This document shows, piece by piece, positions 29,594 through 39,613 of a DNA stretch of 64,000 nt (the stretch's first letter is position 1; the number at the start of each line of letters is the position of its first letter). Source of the stretch: Candidatus Delongbacteria bacterium. Lineage in GTDB: Bacteria > CAIWAD01. Below the pieces are notes generated by a model that was not told the DNA's origin, did no database searches, and saw only the letters and a program-made list of their open reading frames with translations. Location: NCBI GenBank assembly GCA_963663545.1, contig OY760505.1, positions 1,152,001 through 1,216,000 of the forward strand, in the 5' to 3' direction. The position numbers were made by a program, and so were the translations under genes.

Positions 29594-32305
29594 ATGGAAA
29601 ACTATCAGCGCGAGACCCACATGACCGTAAACGACTTGCTATTGCGCACTTTCAACGCCGATCGAAACGGCCTTCTGCTGGTTCAGAAGGGCACGATCAC
29701 AGCCGCCAATCATTCGCTGTGCGATCTGACCGGCTACAGCCCCGCCGATTTGGTGGGCAAGCCCCTGGGCGAAGTGCTGAATCCCGCGCCCACATACTCG
29801 GGCGAAACGCAAACCCGGCTGAAGAACGCGGACGGCAGTCTGCGCCTGACGGTGTGCACCGTGGATCTTGACGAGGAGTCGGGCATCATCCGTTTTCCCG
29901 AGAAGGCCAGCAATCTGGGCTCCGAGGTCATGGCTGAGCGTCTAGAGACCATTCTCGACATCACGCGCCAGATGAGTTCCAGCCAGAACTGGCAGGACAG
30001 CATCGCTCATATCGCCACCGCCTGCCGGCGGCTGGTGGATGCAAACACCACCACCATCTGCCGGTTGAGCACCGAAGAAGACACCATCATTCCCATTTTC
30101 ACCGATGACGAAGAGTGGCGCGACAATCTGCTGGATTTCCGCATTCCGGTAGGTACAGGTCTGACGGGCCACGTGGTCAAGACCGGTCGACCGATGATCG
30201 TCAACGATCCGGACAATTCCGATGTGGTCGTCGCCCACGTGCCGGGTACGCCCGAAGAAGACACCGAAGTGCTGATGGCACTTCCGCTGCGTGCCGGTGA
30301 GCAGATTCTGGGAGCCATTACCACCACGCGCCCGCTCTCACGGCCCTTCGATCAAAGCGATCTTGAAATCATCAGCATTTTGGCCAGCCAGGTCTCGGGC
30401 ATTCTGGCCACTAATCAGCTATTGGAAAAGCTCTCCGAATCGGAGATCAAATACCGTACCCTGGTGAACAACGCCGACGTCGGCCTCTTTCGTCTTTCGA
30501 TGGAAGGCGAGCTGCTGGCGACCAACGATTTCTTCGTCAACCTGCTCAACCTGCCGCAAAAGCGGAATCCGGGCATTCGCGACATCTGGGGCAGCGACCG
30601 TGTTCATCAGGAATTCCTGCAGGAAGTCAAGCGCGAAGGCCAAGTGCGCAGTTTCAACTGCCGCACCATGTCCAGCGACGGGCGACTGCTGGAGCTTTCG
30701 ATCAGTAGCCGCAGTTTCGCCGATTATGGCTACATCGAAGGTGTAGTACACAACGTCACGGAACAACGGCGGCTGGAACTGGAAAACCAGAATCGTCTGA
30801 GCTTCCTCGAGAACCTGATCAGCCAGATTCCGGTGGCGCTCCTGGTGCTGGATCCAGATGGATCGCCCACGCTGTGCAACACCGCTTTCGAACGCATGTT
30901 CAAAATTGCGCGCCGCGAGTTGATGCTGGAACACGGCGACAAGAGCCTGGCCAGTCGCATGCTGCGCGAGATCAAAGCTCTGGGCAATCTATGGCGCCTC
31001 TGCCTGCGCGGCGAGAGCGGCGATGCCCAGGACGTGGTCCTGCCGCCGAGCATCTGTGACTGCAACGAGGGCGAGACGCGCGCGAGCATTCACGCCTTTC
31101 CTGTGCAGAATTCCATTGGCAATCTCACCGAAGTGGTGTTGCTCTTTGAGGATGTCAGCAGCCGCCACGCACTGCAGAACCATTTGATGCGCGTGCAAAA
31201 GCTGGAATCGGTGGGCAATCTGGCCGGTGGTCTTGCCAACGATTTCAACAACCTGCTCAATGGCATCATGGGCAATACGGCCCGCCTGCACCAGCTGGTG
31301 AAAGGCCGTGAAGATCAGGAAATGGAACTACGCGTCATCGCCGACGGCATTCGTCAAGCGAGCTTGTTGACGCAGCAATTGCTCAGCTTCGCCAGCCAGG
31401 GGCCGCAGCGCCTCGAGCGACTGCAACTCAACGCCGTCTTCGACCGCACCGTCGACCTCTTTGCAGCGCGTCTCCCCAAGAGCATTGGCCTGGACACCGA
31501 GTACGGCCAAAATCTGCCGCAGGTGATGGCCGATGCCTTGCAAGTGGAGCAGGTCTTGCTGAATCTGCTGATGAACGCCTCCGATGCACTGCTGGGACAG
31601 GAAGGCAGGATTACCGTCCGCACGCACCTGCGCACCGTGCGCGAACGAGATCTGGTGAATTCCCCCGAGTTGCGCACCGGCCACTACGTGGAATTGGAGG
31701 TGCAGGACACGGGCATGGGCATCTCGCCCGATGTACAGGACAAGATCTTCGATCCCTTCTTCACCACGCGCGCCGACCAGGGGCGCAGTGGACTTGGTCT
31801 GGCAACGGTGTATTCCATTGTCGCTTCGCATCAGGGGCACATTGAAGTTGCCAGCAAACCCTCGCTGGGAACGCGCTTCCGCATTCTCTTCCCCGTGCCC
31901 GAGGACGCCAGTTTGAGCCAGCCGCACGATGACGGCGGCAACGCGATGATCATGATCGTCGACGACGAGCAGGTGATCCGCGAGATGCTGAAGAAGATCC
32001 TGCAGAATCTGGGCTACGATGTCATCACTTTCGGCTCAGGACGTGAAGCCGTGGAATACTACCGTTCCGACGGTCAGTCGGTGGACGCCGTCATTCTGGA
32101 CGTGATCATGCCGGACATGAACGGCATCGAGGTCTACGAGGAACTGCGCGCCATTCGTCAGGATGTGAAGATCATGATCTGTTCGGGCTACACCCAGAGC
32201 CAGCGGCAGTCGATTCTGGATCTGCCGGGCATCCACGGCTTCCTGGAAAAACCCTTCACCATCGATAGCCTGGACAACAGCCTGCGGACCTTGCTTGGCA
32301 GGTAG
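29594..32305 (+). CDS. PAS/GAF hybrid histidine-kinase-like protein with receiver; H-box His replaced by Asn
   Basis: LAGGLANDFNNLL, NLLMNASDA, DTGMGI, FDPFFTT, GLGL, receiver VILDVIMP. Confidence 0.92.
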   Translation: MENYQRETHMTVNDLLLRTFNADRNGLLLVQKGTITAANHSLCDLTGYSPADLVGKPLGEVLNPAPTYSGETQTRLKNADGSLRLTVCTVDLDEESGIIRFPEKASNLGSEVMAERLETILDITRQMSSSQNWQDSIAHIATACRRLVDANTTTICRLSTEEDTIIPIFTDDEEWRDNLLDFRIPVGTGLTGHVVKTGRPMIVNDPDNSDVVVAHVPGTPEEDTEVLMALPLRAGEQILGAITTTRPLSRPFDQSDLEIISILASQVSGILATNQLLEKLSESEIKYRTLVNNADVGLFRLSMEGELLATNDFFVNLLNLPQKRNPGIRDIWGSDRVHQEFLQEVKREGQVRSFNCRTMSSDGRLLELSISSRSFADYGYIEGVVHNVTEQRRLELENQNRLSFLENLISQIPVALLVLDPDGSPTLCNTAFERMFKIARRELMLEHGDKSLASRMLREIKALGNLWRLCLRGESGDAQDVVLPPSICDCNEGETRASIHAFPVQNSIGNLTEVVLLFEDVSSRHALQNHLMRVQKLESVGNLAGGLANDFNNLLNGIMGNTARLHQLVKGREDQEMELRVIADGIRQASLLTQQLLSFASQGPQRLERLQLNAVFDRTVDLFAARLPKSIGLDTEYGQNLPQVMADALQVEQVLLNLLMNASDALLGQEGRITVRTHLRTVRERDLVNSPELRTGHYVELEVQDTGMGISPDVQDKIFDPFFTTRADQGRSGLGLATVYSIVASHQGHIEVASKPSLGTRFRILFPVPEDASLSQPHDDGGNAMIMIVDDEQVIREMLKKILQNLGYDVITFGSGREAVEYYRSDGQSVDAVILDVIMPDMNGIEVYEELRAIRQDVKIMICSGYTQSQRQSILDLPGIHGFLEKPFTIDSLDNSLRTLLGR

Positions 32306-32314
32306 CTCCTCTTA

Positions 32315-32368
32315 ATCGGTATCGCTATCGGTATCGGTGTCGCTATTGGTATCGGTATCGGTATCGCT
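32315..32368. repeat. Tandem hexamer repeat (ATCGGT/ATCGCT) x9
   Basis: atcggt atcgct atcggt atcggt gtcgct attggt atcggt atcggt atcgct. Confidence 0.9.
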
Positions 32369-32565
32369 GCCGACACTGTGTGTCGGATCGGTATCGAGGC
32401 CCACGCATTCAGCCAACCAAGCGGGCCCCGGCTCGCTTTTCTTCTTGCTCCCTGTCCAGTGGTAAAAGGCCTACTTGCCATTGATCCAAGAATTCCTTCT
32501 ACCTCCCTGCTGCGATCGTTACTTTCCCCGTGTCACAGAAGCAACTCAGCCGCTTAGAGGATATC

Positions 32566-33561
32566 ATGCGCAGACTACTTCCGGTGATACAACTGCTACT
32601 GCTCCTTGCCAGCGCGTTACGGGCGGAGGTGAGGCAAGTGGCAAGGATCGACTTCATCCCCCTAGTAGACCTGCCTCGCACAATCAGTTTACAACGCATG
32701 CTCCGTGTCGCAAGTGGCTACAACCTTGCCGTGCTTGCCGATGTGGATGAAGAACGTGGCACACTCTCCTTCTTCCATGTGATACAATGTGATGAAGACC
32801 TGGCAACCCTGACTGGCTTGATCCAGGATGATACAAATGCCCCGGCACAGGAGCTTCGTCCGGCGAGGCCGGACGCCTCCCGTTTGTGCTTCATTCGATT
32901 TGAGAAGGGCACTACTCGCACTGCGCGAGTCTGGATCTACTGGGGCCACTACTTCCCGGAGTATGATGCTGTCGGTTATAGTACGGAACGACGGACTCCC
33001 TTCATGCACCCCGAAAGCGCCGATACGTTGCTGGTTCACCTCCGGCCTCGGTTCTGCGGATACTCGCTGACAATTCTGGATCAACTTCTGGGCGGCAAGT
33101 GGTCGGACGAACCCTATTTCCCTCAAGATCAAGTGTACTTCGGTCTGCGAATCTACCCTGTTGATCCGTGTTACACACGTCAGGAATACGATCGCCACAG
33201 CAATGTTGACATAGACTACGTCATCCCCATGCCGCCTATGCCGATTGGCGGTGAAGCTTCGATCATGAAGAACCTGCACTACCCGTGCGCAGCCTTTGAA
33301 GCCGGCATTGACGGGAAAGCGTTGATTTTCTTTGTCGTTTGTCGTGATGGTCGTGTGACAAACCCGCAGATTATGGCGGAGACCCCTAAGGACCAGGGTT
33401 TCGGCGAAGCCGCTGTGGCTGCCCTTTCCGCTTGCAGGTATTCGCTGAGACTGGAACTCCCGCTCGCCGAAAGTATGACCCAGGTGGTCAAGTTCAATCA
33501 CACGGAGTTCGACGCGAATGGTCGCTGGATTGGACAACAGTCGGGGGCGAGTTCACACTAA
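32566..33561 (+). CDS. Exported protein with TonB C-terminal domain
   Basis: Signal-like N terminus; PMPIGG...L.YP..A..AGIDG...FVVCRDG.V...FGEAA. Confidence 0.7.
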   Translation: MRRLLPVIQLLLLLASALRAEVRQVARIDFIPLVDLPRTISLQRMLRVASGYNLAVLADVDEERGTLSFFHVIQCDEDLATLTGLIQDDTNAPAQELRPARPDASRLCFIRFEKGTTRTARVWIYWGHYFPEYDAVGYSTERRTPFMHPESADTLLVHLRPRFCGYSLTILDQLLGGKWSDEPYFPQDQVYFGLRIYPVDPCYTRQEYDRHSNVDIDYVIPMPPMPIGGEASIMKNLHYPCAAFEAGIDGKALIFFVVCRDGRVTNPQIMAETPKDQGFGEAAVAALSACRYSLRLELPLAESMTQVVKFNHTEFDANGRWIGQQSGASSH

Positions 33562-33640
33562 GGAAGAAAGAAGCTCGCCAGCTTAAAGAGCCTGCTACGA
33601 TTGCGGCTCCGAAATCGATACTGGTATCGGCACCTAACAT

Positions 33641-33669
33641 AAGAGCCCCGCATCACTGCGGGGCTCTTT
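33641..33669. terminator. Terminator between convergent genes
   Basis: AAGAGCCCCGCA-tcac-TGCGGGGCTCTTT. Confidence 0.8.
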
Positions 33670-33691
33670 GCTCATGCAACACGTGGCTGTG

Positions 33692-36049
33692 TCACGCCGA
33701 CTTCTTGGCCTGTTTCACCAAGGCGTGCTTCAGCACCTCGTCGATGTGACTCACCAGAATAATGTTCAGGCCGTTGCGGATCTCGGCCGGAATGTCTTCC
33801 AAATCCTTCTTGTTGTCCGCTGGCGCCAGCACCGTCTTGATGCCAGCGCGATGGGCGGCCATCACCTTTTCGCGCAGACCGCCAATTTGCATCACTTTGC
33901 CGCGCAGACTGATCTCGCCGGTCATGGCCAGATCGTGACGCACGGGTCGACCGCTCAGCAGTGATACGAGACAGGTGACCATGGTGATACCCGCCGAAGG
34001 GCCGTCCTTGGGCGTGGCGCCTTCGGGTAGATGCACGTGAATGTCGGTGTTCTTGTGGAAGTCCTCGGGCAGCCCCAATTCGGCCCAATGCGCGCGCAGG
34101 TAGCTGCGGGCAATCTCACCGGACTCGCGCATCACGTCGCCCAGCTGACCCGTCAGACGCAGCTGGCCAGTACCGGGCATGGTGGTGCTTTCGATGAAGA
34201 GCAGCACGCCGCCGACCGCTGTCCAGGCCAATCCCGTAGCAATGCCCACCTCTGGATGGCGGTTGGCGACTTCCGGCAGAATACGGCTGCTGCCCAGCAG
34301 ATCGCGTGCTACATTCGCGCTGACGGACACCTTCGTCTTGAGGCCGTCCTCCGCCACCTGACGCGCCACCTTGCGTGCGACAGCGCCGATGCGCTGCTCC
34401 AGCCGGCGCACACCGGCCTCGCGCGTGTACTCGTCAATGATTGTGCGCAAGCCTGCTGCAGAGAAGGCAAGCTGCTTCTTGTTGAGGCCGTTGTCCTTCA
34501 CCTGGCGCGGCACCAGATAACGCGTGGCGATCTCCAGCTTCTCGTTGGGTAGATAGCCCGGCAGACTGATCACTTCCATGCGATCACGCAGCGGCCCCGG
34601 CACGCGGTCCATCTGGTTGGCGGTGGCGATAAAGAGTACCTGGCTCAAATCGACTTTCAGATCGATGTAGTGATCCTGGAAGCTGTTGTTCTGCGCGGGA
34701 TCCAGCACTTCAAGCAGCGCGGCGGCGGGATCTCCTTTGACATCGGCGCCCAGCTTGTCGATTTCGTCCAGCATGAAAACAGGATTCAGGCTGTCGGCCT
34801 CGCGCAGTTTCTGGATGATGCGTCCCGGCATGGCGCCCACGTAGGTGCGGCGATGACCGCGGATCTCGCTCTCGTCGTGCACGCCGCCCAGCGCCAGTCG
34901 CGCAAAGGGACGCCCGAGGGCATCGGCAATGGATTTACCCAGGCTGGTCTTGCCCACTCCGGGAGGGCCGGTGAAGCAGAGGATCGGGCCGTGGCTGTCC
35001 TTGGTCAGCTTGCGCACGGCGAGGAACTCGAGAATGCGTTCCTTGATCTTCTCCAGTCCGTAGTGATCGCGATCCAGCACCTTGCGGGCGTAAGCGATAT
35101 CCGTCTCGGTGTCGTCACTGCGCCCCCAGGGGAAGTTCTGCAGCCAGTCAACGTAGCTGCGTGCTACACTGAACTCGCTGGTAGAGGGATTCATACGTCC
35201 CAGGCGGCGGATCTCGCGCTCGGCTGTATCACGCACATAATCGGGATAGCGTGTATCACCGAAGGAGGCGCGCAGCTCTTCCAACTCCACCTGCGCATCT
35301 TCTTCGTCACCCAGCTCGCGACGTATCACCTTGATCTGCTCGCGCAGGTAGTATTCCTTCTGGTTCTTGTCCATCGCCTTGGAAAGGTCACTCTGGATCT
35401 TTCGCGACAGCTCGGCCAGTTGCACCTCGCGGTTGATCATCTCCAGCAGCGCCTTCACGCGATCGGTATTGTCCAGCGCCGCCAGAATGATCTGACGATC
35501 CTCGATGCCAAAGTTGAGGTTGGCGCAGATCACATCAGCCAGACGGCCGCTTTCCTTGATGCTTCCCAGCGAGCCGCGCAGGTCGTCGTTGATCCAGCTG
35601 TTGAACTCGATGTACTTGTCCAGTGCGCGCAGCAGGGCCTTGCGGTATCCCTCGAGCTGAACGCTGGTGCGCTGATCATCGCCGACGCTCTCGACGTGTG
35701 CTACAAGGAAGGGATCGCGTGACACAATCTCGTTGAAACGCACACGGCCCACGCCCTGCAGCAACAGACCGACGCTGCCGTCGGGCACGCTGAACATGCG
35801 CAGAATCTGCACGGCAGTACCGACCTCGTAGAGGCGGTCTTCTTTTGTATCACGCTTGAGAAAAACGGCCAACATGCGATTGCCCGACAGCACGTGGTGG
35901 ATCATGCGCACCTGTTTCTGGTCGCTGACCACATAGGGCATGATGACTCCCGGCAACACAACGGCGTCGGTGATTGCCAGCAAAGGCAACTCGGGTGGGA
36001 CCGTGCCGCTGAACGGTTTGTCGACGATCTCAGGCATTTCGGTTCTCAT
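33692..36049 (-). CDS. lon: Lon protease
   Basis: [38 protein letters not shown]. Confidence 0.97.
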   Translation of the reverse strand: MRTEMPEIVDKPFSGTVPPELPLLAITDAVVLPGVIMPYVVSDQKQVRMIHHVLSGNRMLAVFLKRDTKEDRLYEVGTAVQILRMFSVPDGSVGLLLQGVGRVRFNEIVSRDPFLVAHVESVGDDQRTSVQLEGYRKALLRALDKYIEFNSWINDDLRGSLGSIKESGRLADVICANLNFGIEDRQIILAALDNTDRVKALLEMINREVQLAELSRKIQSDLSKAMDKNQKEYYLREQIKVIRRELGDEEDAQVELEELRASFGDTRYPDYVRDTAEREIRRLGRMNPSTSEFSVARSYVDWLQNFPWGRSDDTETDIAYARKVLDRDHYGLEKIKERILEFLAVRKLTKDSHGPILCFTGPPGVGKTSLGKSIADALGRPFARLALGGVHDESEIRGHRRTYVGAMPGRIIQKLREADSLNPVFMLDEIDKLGADVKGDPAAALLEVLDPAQNNSFQDHYIDLKVDLSQVLFIATANQMDRVPGPLRDRMEVISLPGYLPNEKLEIATRYLVPRQVKDNGLNKKQLAFSAAGLRTIIDEYTREAGVRRLEQRIGAVARKVARQVAEDGLKTKVSVSANVARDLLGSSRILPEVANRHPEVGIATGLAWTAVGGVLLFIESTTMPGTGQLRLTGQLGDVMRESGEIARSYLRAHWAELGLPEDFHKNTDIHVHLPEGATPKDGPSAGITMVTCLVSLLSGRPVRHDLAMTGEISLRGKVMQIGGLREKVMAAHRAGIKTVLAPADNKKDLEDIPAEIRNGLNIILVSHIDEVLKHALVKQAKKSA

Positions 36050-36495
36050 TCCTCATCCCTTCCCTTCACGTTCAGCGTCACCTGCTTGTCCGGATTTCGT
36101 GGAATGCGGATGATCAGGAAGCCGTCGCTGTAGTTGGCCTCAATTCCTTCGGGATCCAGATCCGGCTGCATGGGAAAGCGCCGCTCGAAGGGGCCGAAGT
36201 TCAGTTCCATGTTGATGTACTGCTCTTTGTCCAGGTGCACGGGCTCGTGCCGCGTTCCGCGCAGAACCAACTCGTTGTCGGTCATGCCCAGCTGAATATC
36301 ATCGCGATGAATACCGGCCAGTCCGATAATGATGACCATGCGATTGCGCTCGAGTATCACATCGGCCGCAGGGCAGAACTCGCTACCTGCACCGCGCGAA
36401 GGATCCTGTCCCGAGAGCATGGTGCGAAAGCGCCGTTCGATCTCCGGATCCAATCCGCTGATGCTTTCCATTTGACGTCGATCTAGGAAGGACAT
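36046..36495 (-). CDS. Hsp20/alpha-crystallin family protein
   Basis: PAADV...FGPFERRF...ANYSDGFLIIRIP; ATGA-coupled to lon. Confidence 0.9.
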   Translation of the reverse strand: MSFLDRRQMESISGLDPEIERRFRTMLSGQDPSRGAGSEFCPAADVILERNRMVIIIGLAGIHRDDIQLGMTDNELVLRGTRHEPVHLDKEQYINMELNFGPFERRFPMQPDLDPEGIEANYSDGFLIIRIPRNPDKQVTLNVKGRDEE

Positions 36496-36566
36496 GATGA
36501 CTCCCGTACCTCTTACATGGTCAATTCATCGGCTTTGTTCGAAGCGATCTTGATGTCGACTACGGC

Positions 36567-37541
36567 TCAGGAGCGCAGCAGCGGATTTCCCTGGAAGGCA
36601 AGAGTTCCAGCGGCCAGCGCAGGTGTGATACGCCTGGCCACGTGCTCCTGTCGACGGCGATCCGCCAGCAGAAGTGGTTGTTCAGCCTCCCTGTCGAGCC
36701 CCAAGCGACGGCACAGCGCCGGCAGTACACGGCGGCTCTCTTCCACCGCCACCTCCTGTGCCCACGCGCGTAACACACGGGCCAACAACTGCGCCTGCTC
36801 CTCCAGTGCCGGGGTGGGTCGTCCTGCAGCTTCCGCGAAAATCCAGGGGCGAAGGATGGCTCCGCGAGCCACCACCACGCCGCGCAGAAACGGAAACTGG
36901 CGCAATCGTTGCCGAATCTGCTCGGCTTCGACCAGATCACCGGCAGCCAGTAGCGCTGGTTCCATCTGTGTCACCGATTCCAGCAGCGACCAGTTCGCCG
37001 GACGCCGATAAGCATCCCGCACCGTCCGCAAGTGAAGCTGGACCCAATCTACACCGGCTGCGACCGCCCGCGCCAGCAAAATCGGCAGCTCTTGCTCTCC
37101 GCCTTCTGCAGCGCATCGAAAGCCCGCGCGCAGCTTTACACCAAGGGGAAGCGGCGTGGCAGCACGCATGGCCGCCAGGATGCTCTCGAAATGGGCCGGT
37201 TCACGCAATAGCGCACCACCCGCATCGCGCCGGAGTAGGGGCCCGGCGGGACAGGCAGCGTTGAGCTCCACACCGCCGAAGCCAAGCTCCTCCGTGCGGG
37301 CAGCGGCTTCAGCCATCACCTTGGGATCATTTCCGAACAGCTGCAGAATATCGTGACTTACTTCGCTGGCTTCGGCTCGACGCAGACTGCCCTGATTCCC
37401 GCGCAACAGACCCTCGGCATCCACCAAACCCGTGGCACAACCACCGGCCCCCTGCTCGACACAAATGCGCCGGAAAGTAGGCGTGGTCAGCGAGGCCATT
37501 GAGGCGAGCAATACGGGCGCAGTCCAGGCGGGGGTGCCCAT
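36567..37541 (-). CDS. tRNA-dihydrouridine synthase family protein
   Basis: LASMA, LQLFGND, ELNAACP, GGALL, VKLRAG, HLRT, ARG..RPWIF. Confidence 0.85.
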   Translation of the reverse strand: MGTPAWTAPVLLASMASLTTPTFRRICVEQGAGGCATGLVDAEGLLRGNQGSLRRAEASEVSHDILQLFGNDPKVMAEAAARTEELGFGGVELNAACPAGPLLRRDAGGALLREPAHFESILAAMRAATPLPLGVKLRAGFRCAAEGGEQELPILLARAVAAGVDWVQLHLRTVRDAYRRPANWSLLESVTQMEPALLAAGDLVEAEQIRQRLRQFPFLRGVVVARGAILRPWIFAEAAGRPTPALEEQAQLLARVLRAWAQEVAVEESRRVLPALCRRLGLDREAEQPLLLADRRRQEHVARRITPALAAGTLAFQGNPLLRS

Positions 37542-37543
37542 GA

Positions 37544-38434
37544 TCAGCAGAGGTGCTTGACCATGACGTGAACGCGCTGTCTCACGGTGTCCACGTGGTC
37601 GCCAAGGTCCTCCAGCACGGCGCCCTGCGGACGACGCTTCTGCAGCACCGTCCAGGCAGGCTCGTAACCCTGTGCGATGCTGATTTGCAGCTCCTCGCGT
37701 GTGCGCTCTTCACCACCGGCCAGCAGGTTGGCCATGCGAATGCAGGCGGCCATATCGGCGTATTGCGGATCAATGATCTTCTCGTGATGCAGGCGGATTC
37801 CAGCCAACAATGCTTCGGGGAGTTGCCAGCGCTCCGCAAGCAGGCCACCCACTTCGGCGTGGTCGATGCCCAGTAATTCGCGTTCCACCAGGTAGAGGGA
37901 TTGGCGTCGCGTGCGGGCGAGCTGCAGGCAATCGCTGAATTCGTTGTGAAAGTGCTGATCCAGAATGATCATGCCGACATCGTGCAACAGACCAGCGGTG
38001 AACTCGGCCCCGCCCAGCTGTAGCTCAAAACTGGCACTGAGCTTCTGGGCCACTTCCGCCGTCGTCAAGGCGTGGGACCAGAAGGCTTCGCTGTCGAGGT
38101 TGCCGCTCTGGAAGGAAGAGGCAAAACTGCGCATCACGCTGATGGTGGTCACCAGGCGCTGCACCTCGTTGGCGCCCAGCAGCACTAACGCGCGATCCAG
38201 AGTGGCGACTTGTCTCACGCGACCATAGGTGGCGCTGTTGGCCAGTTTCAGCACTCTGGCTGTCAGACTGGGGTCCTGCTGAATCAACTCCATCAGCTCT
38301 TGGGCACTGAAGCGATCTTCGGCCAGCAAACGCAGGATCTCGGTCACCACCTGCGGCAGGGAGGGCAGGCTTTGGAGCATGGCGATCTTCTCAAGAATGC
38401 GCGCGCGGCGCTCGTGTGGGGTGGCGGATGTCAT
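37544..38434 (-). CDS. HDOD domain protein
   Basis: LPSLP, DPSLTARVLKLANS, FWSHA, GLLHDVG, DHAEVG..LAERW.LP. Confidence 0.92.
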   Translation of the reverse strand: MTSATPHERRARILEKIAMLQSLPSLPQVVTEILRLLAEDRFSAQELMELIQQDPSLTARVLKLANSATYGRVRQVATLDRALVLLGANEVQRLVTTISVMRSFASSFQSGNLDSEAFWSHALTTAEVAQKLSASFELQLGGAEFTAGLLHDVGMIILDQHFHNEFSDCLQLARTRRQSLYLVERELLGIDHAEVGGLLAERWQLPEALLAGIRLHHEKIIDPQYADMAACIRMANLLAGGEERTREELQISIAQGYEPAWTVLQKRRPQGAVLEDLGDHVDTVRQRVHVMVKHLC

Positions 38435-39603
38435 GACTGCAACTCCAACTTGCGCAAACAATCTTCTACTTCACTCGCACGACAGGGTCGCGCCAGAAAT
38501 TCCACTTTTGGATGCCGGGCCACGGTCAGCATGCTGATGGCGGCATTGTGTCCTGCCATCATCACCACCGGCAGATCGGGCTGCTGTTGACGCATTTCAG
38601 AAAGCAGACGATAGCCGTTCATTCCGGGCATGTAGATGTCGCTAACCATCGCTTGTGGCGGATGGAGTCTGGCCCAGCCCAGCGCCTCTTTGCCATCGCG
38701 CGCCTGAAAGACTTCGTTGCCACGCCGCATAAGGCCAACCGCCAACGCTTCGCGCTCGGCGTCAACGTCTTCCACCAGCAGGATGCGTTGCCCCTTCTTG
38801 GCCGGTGTTCCACCATCGAACACACGCACCAACTTCGGGACCAGTCCTGGATCACGCGGTGATACATCTGGGATCATCATGCTGATTCCAAAGGGCGAGC
38901 GTTTCATTTCGCCTCCGCCAAGCAGCACAACGCGCAACTCAGGCAGCAAGCGCAGCAAGAGCTGCATGGCATCGGCGTGTATCACCAAGCCGGGTTCATC
39001 CACCAGTAGCAGATTCGGACGCCGGTCCACGACATCTTCATCATTGATCTGCTGTGGCAGCACAGTTCGCCATCCCTCCAGGGCCAGGTTGTGCTGCAGA
39101 CTCAGATTATCCTCGGATTGTCCCAATAGCAGCTGAGCGTGTAGTGACACACCGGCAGGAAAACGCAGAGCGGCCAGCTCACCGCCACTGGCATTCTGAC
39201 CCGGTGTTCCGCTGCCCTTGATCATCTGCGTCAGCAGATCCACGATCTGCGAGAACTCTGCATCACGCGAAAGCAGACGATGCGACGGCAGCAGGCTGAG
39301 TTCTGCTCTCTCCTTGGCACGCTCGTTCTCGTCAGCAGGATCGGCTGCACCAATCAGCACCAGTTGCCTTTCCCGTAGCGCGGGGACTTCTTCGGAACAC
39401 AGCAGATAGCCGACCAACAGCTCATTGCTCGCCTTGCGCAGGTCTAGGAGAAGGACGTCGGGCAGCCGCTTGCGGCATTCGTCAAGAACACCGATTCCAT
39501 TGTGATACACGCGAGTGGAAATACCCGGAATGCGATCGATTGCGTCAGCGGCTTCAATAGCCCACATCGAATCCGCACTCAACAGGAAGACCTGCTGCTC
39601 CAT
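38431..39603 (-). CDS. Multi-receiver response regulator without output domain
   Basis: N-terminal PDVLLLD, central PNLLLVDE, C-terminal ILLVED...SDIYMPGMNG; ATG 39603 after GAGGAG. Confidence 0.8.
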   Translation of the reverse strand: MEQQVFLLSADSMWAIEAADAIDRIPGISTRVYHNGIGVLDECRKRLPDVLLLDLRKASNELLVGYLLCSEEVPALRERQLVLIGAADPADENERAKERAELSLLPSHRLLSRDAEFSQIVDLLTQMIKGSGTPGQNASGGELAALRFPAGVSLHAQLLLGQSEDNLSLQHNLALEGWRTVLPQQINDEDVVDRRPNLLLVDEPGLVIHADAMQLLLRLLPELRVVLLGGGEMKRSPFGISMMIPDVSPRDPGLVPKLVRVFDGGTPAKKGQRILLVEDVDAEREALAVGLMRRGNEVFQARDGKEALGWARLHPPQAMVSDIYMPGMNGYRLLSEMRQQQPDLPVVMMAGHNAAISMLTVARHPKVEFLARPCRASEVEDCLRKLELQS

Positions 39604-39613
39604 GCTCCTCCCG

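Noticed and set aside
742..33669. Shared AGCCCCGC/GCGGGGCT stems at 742, 25044 and 33641 as a REP/MITE family
   Set aside because: Short, with different loops and flanks, and each sits where an ordinary terminator is expected.
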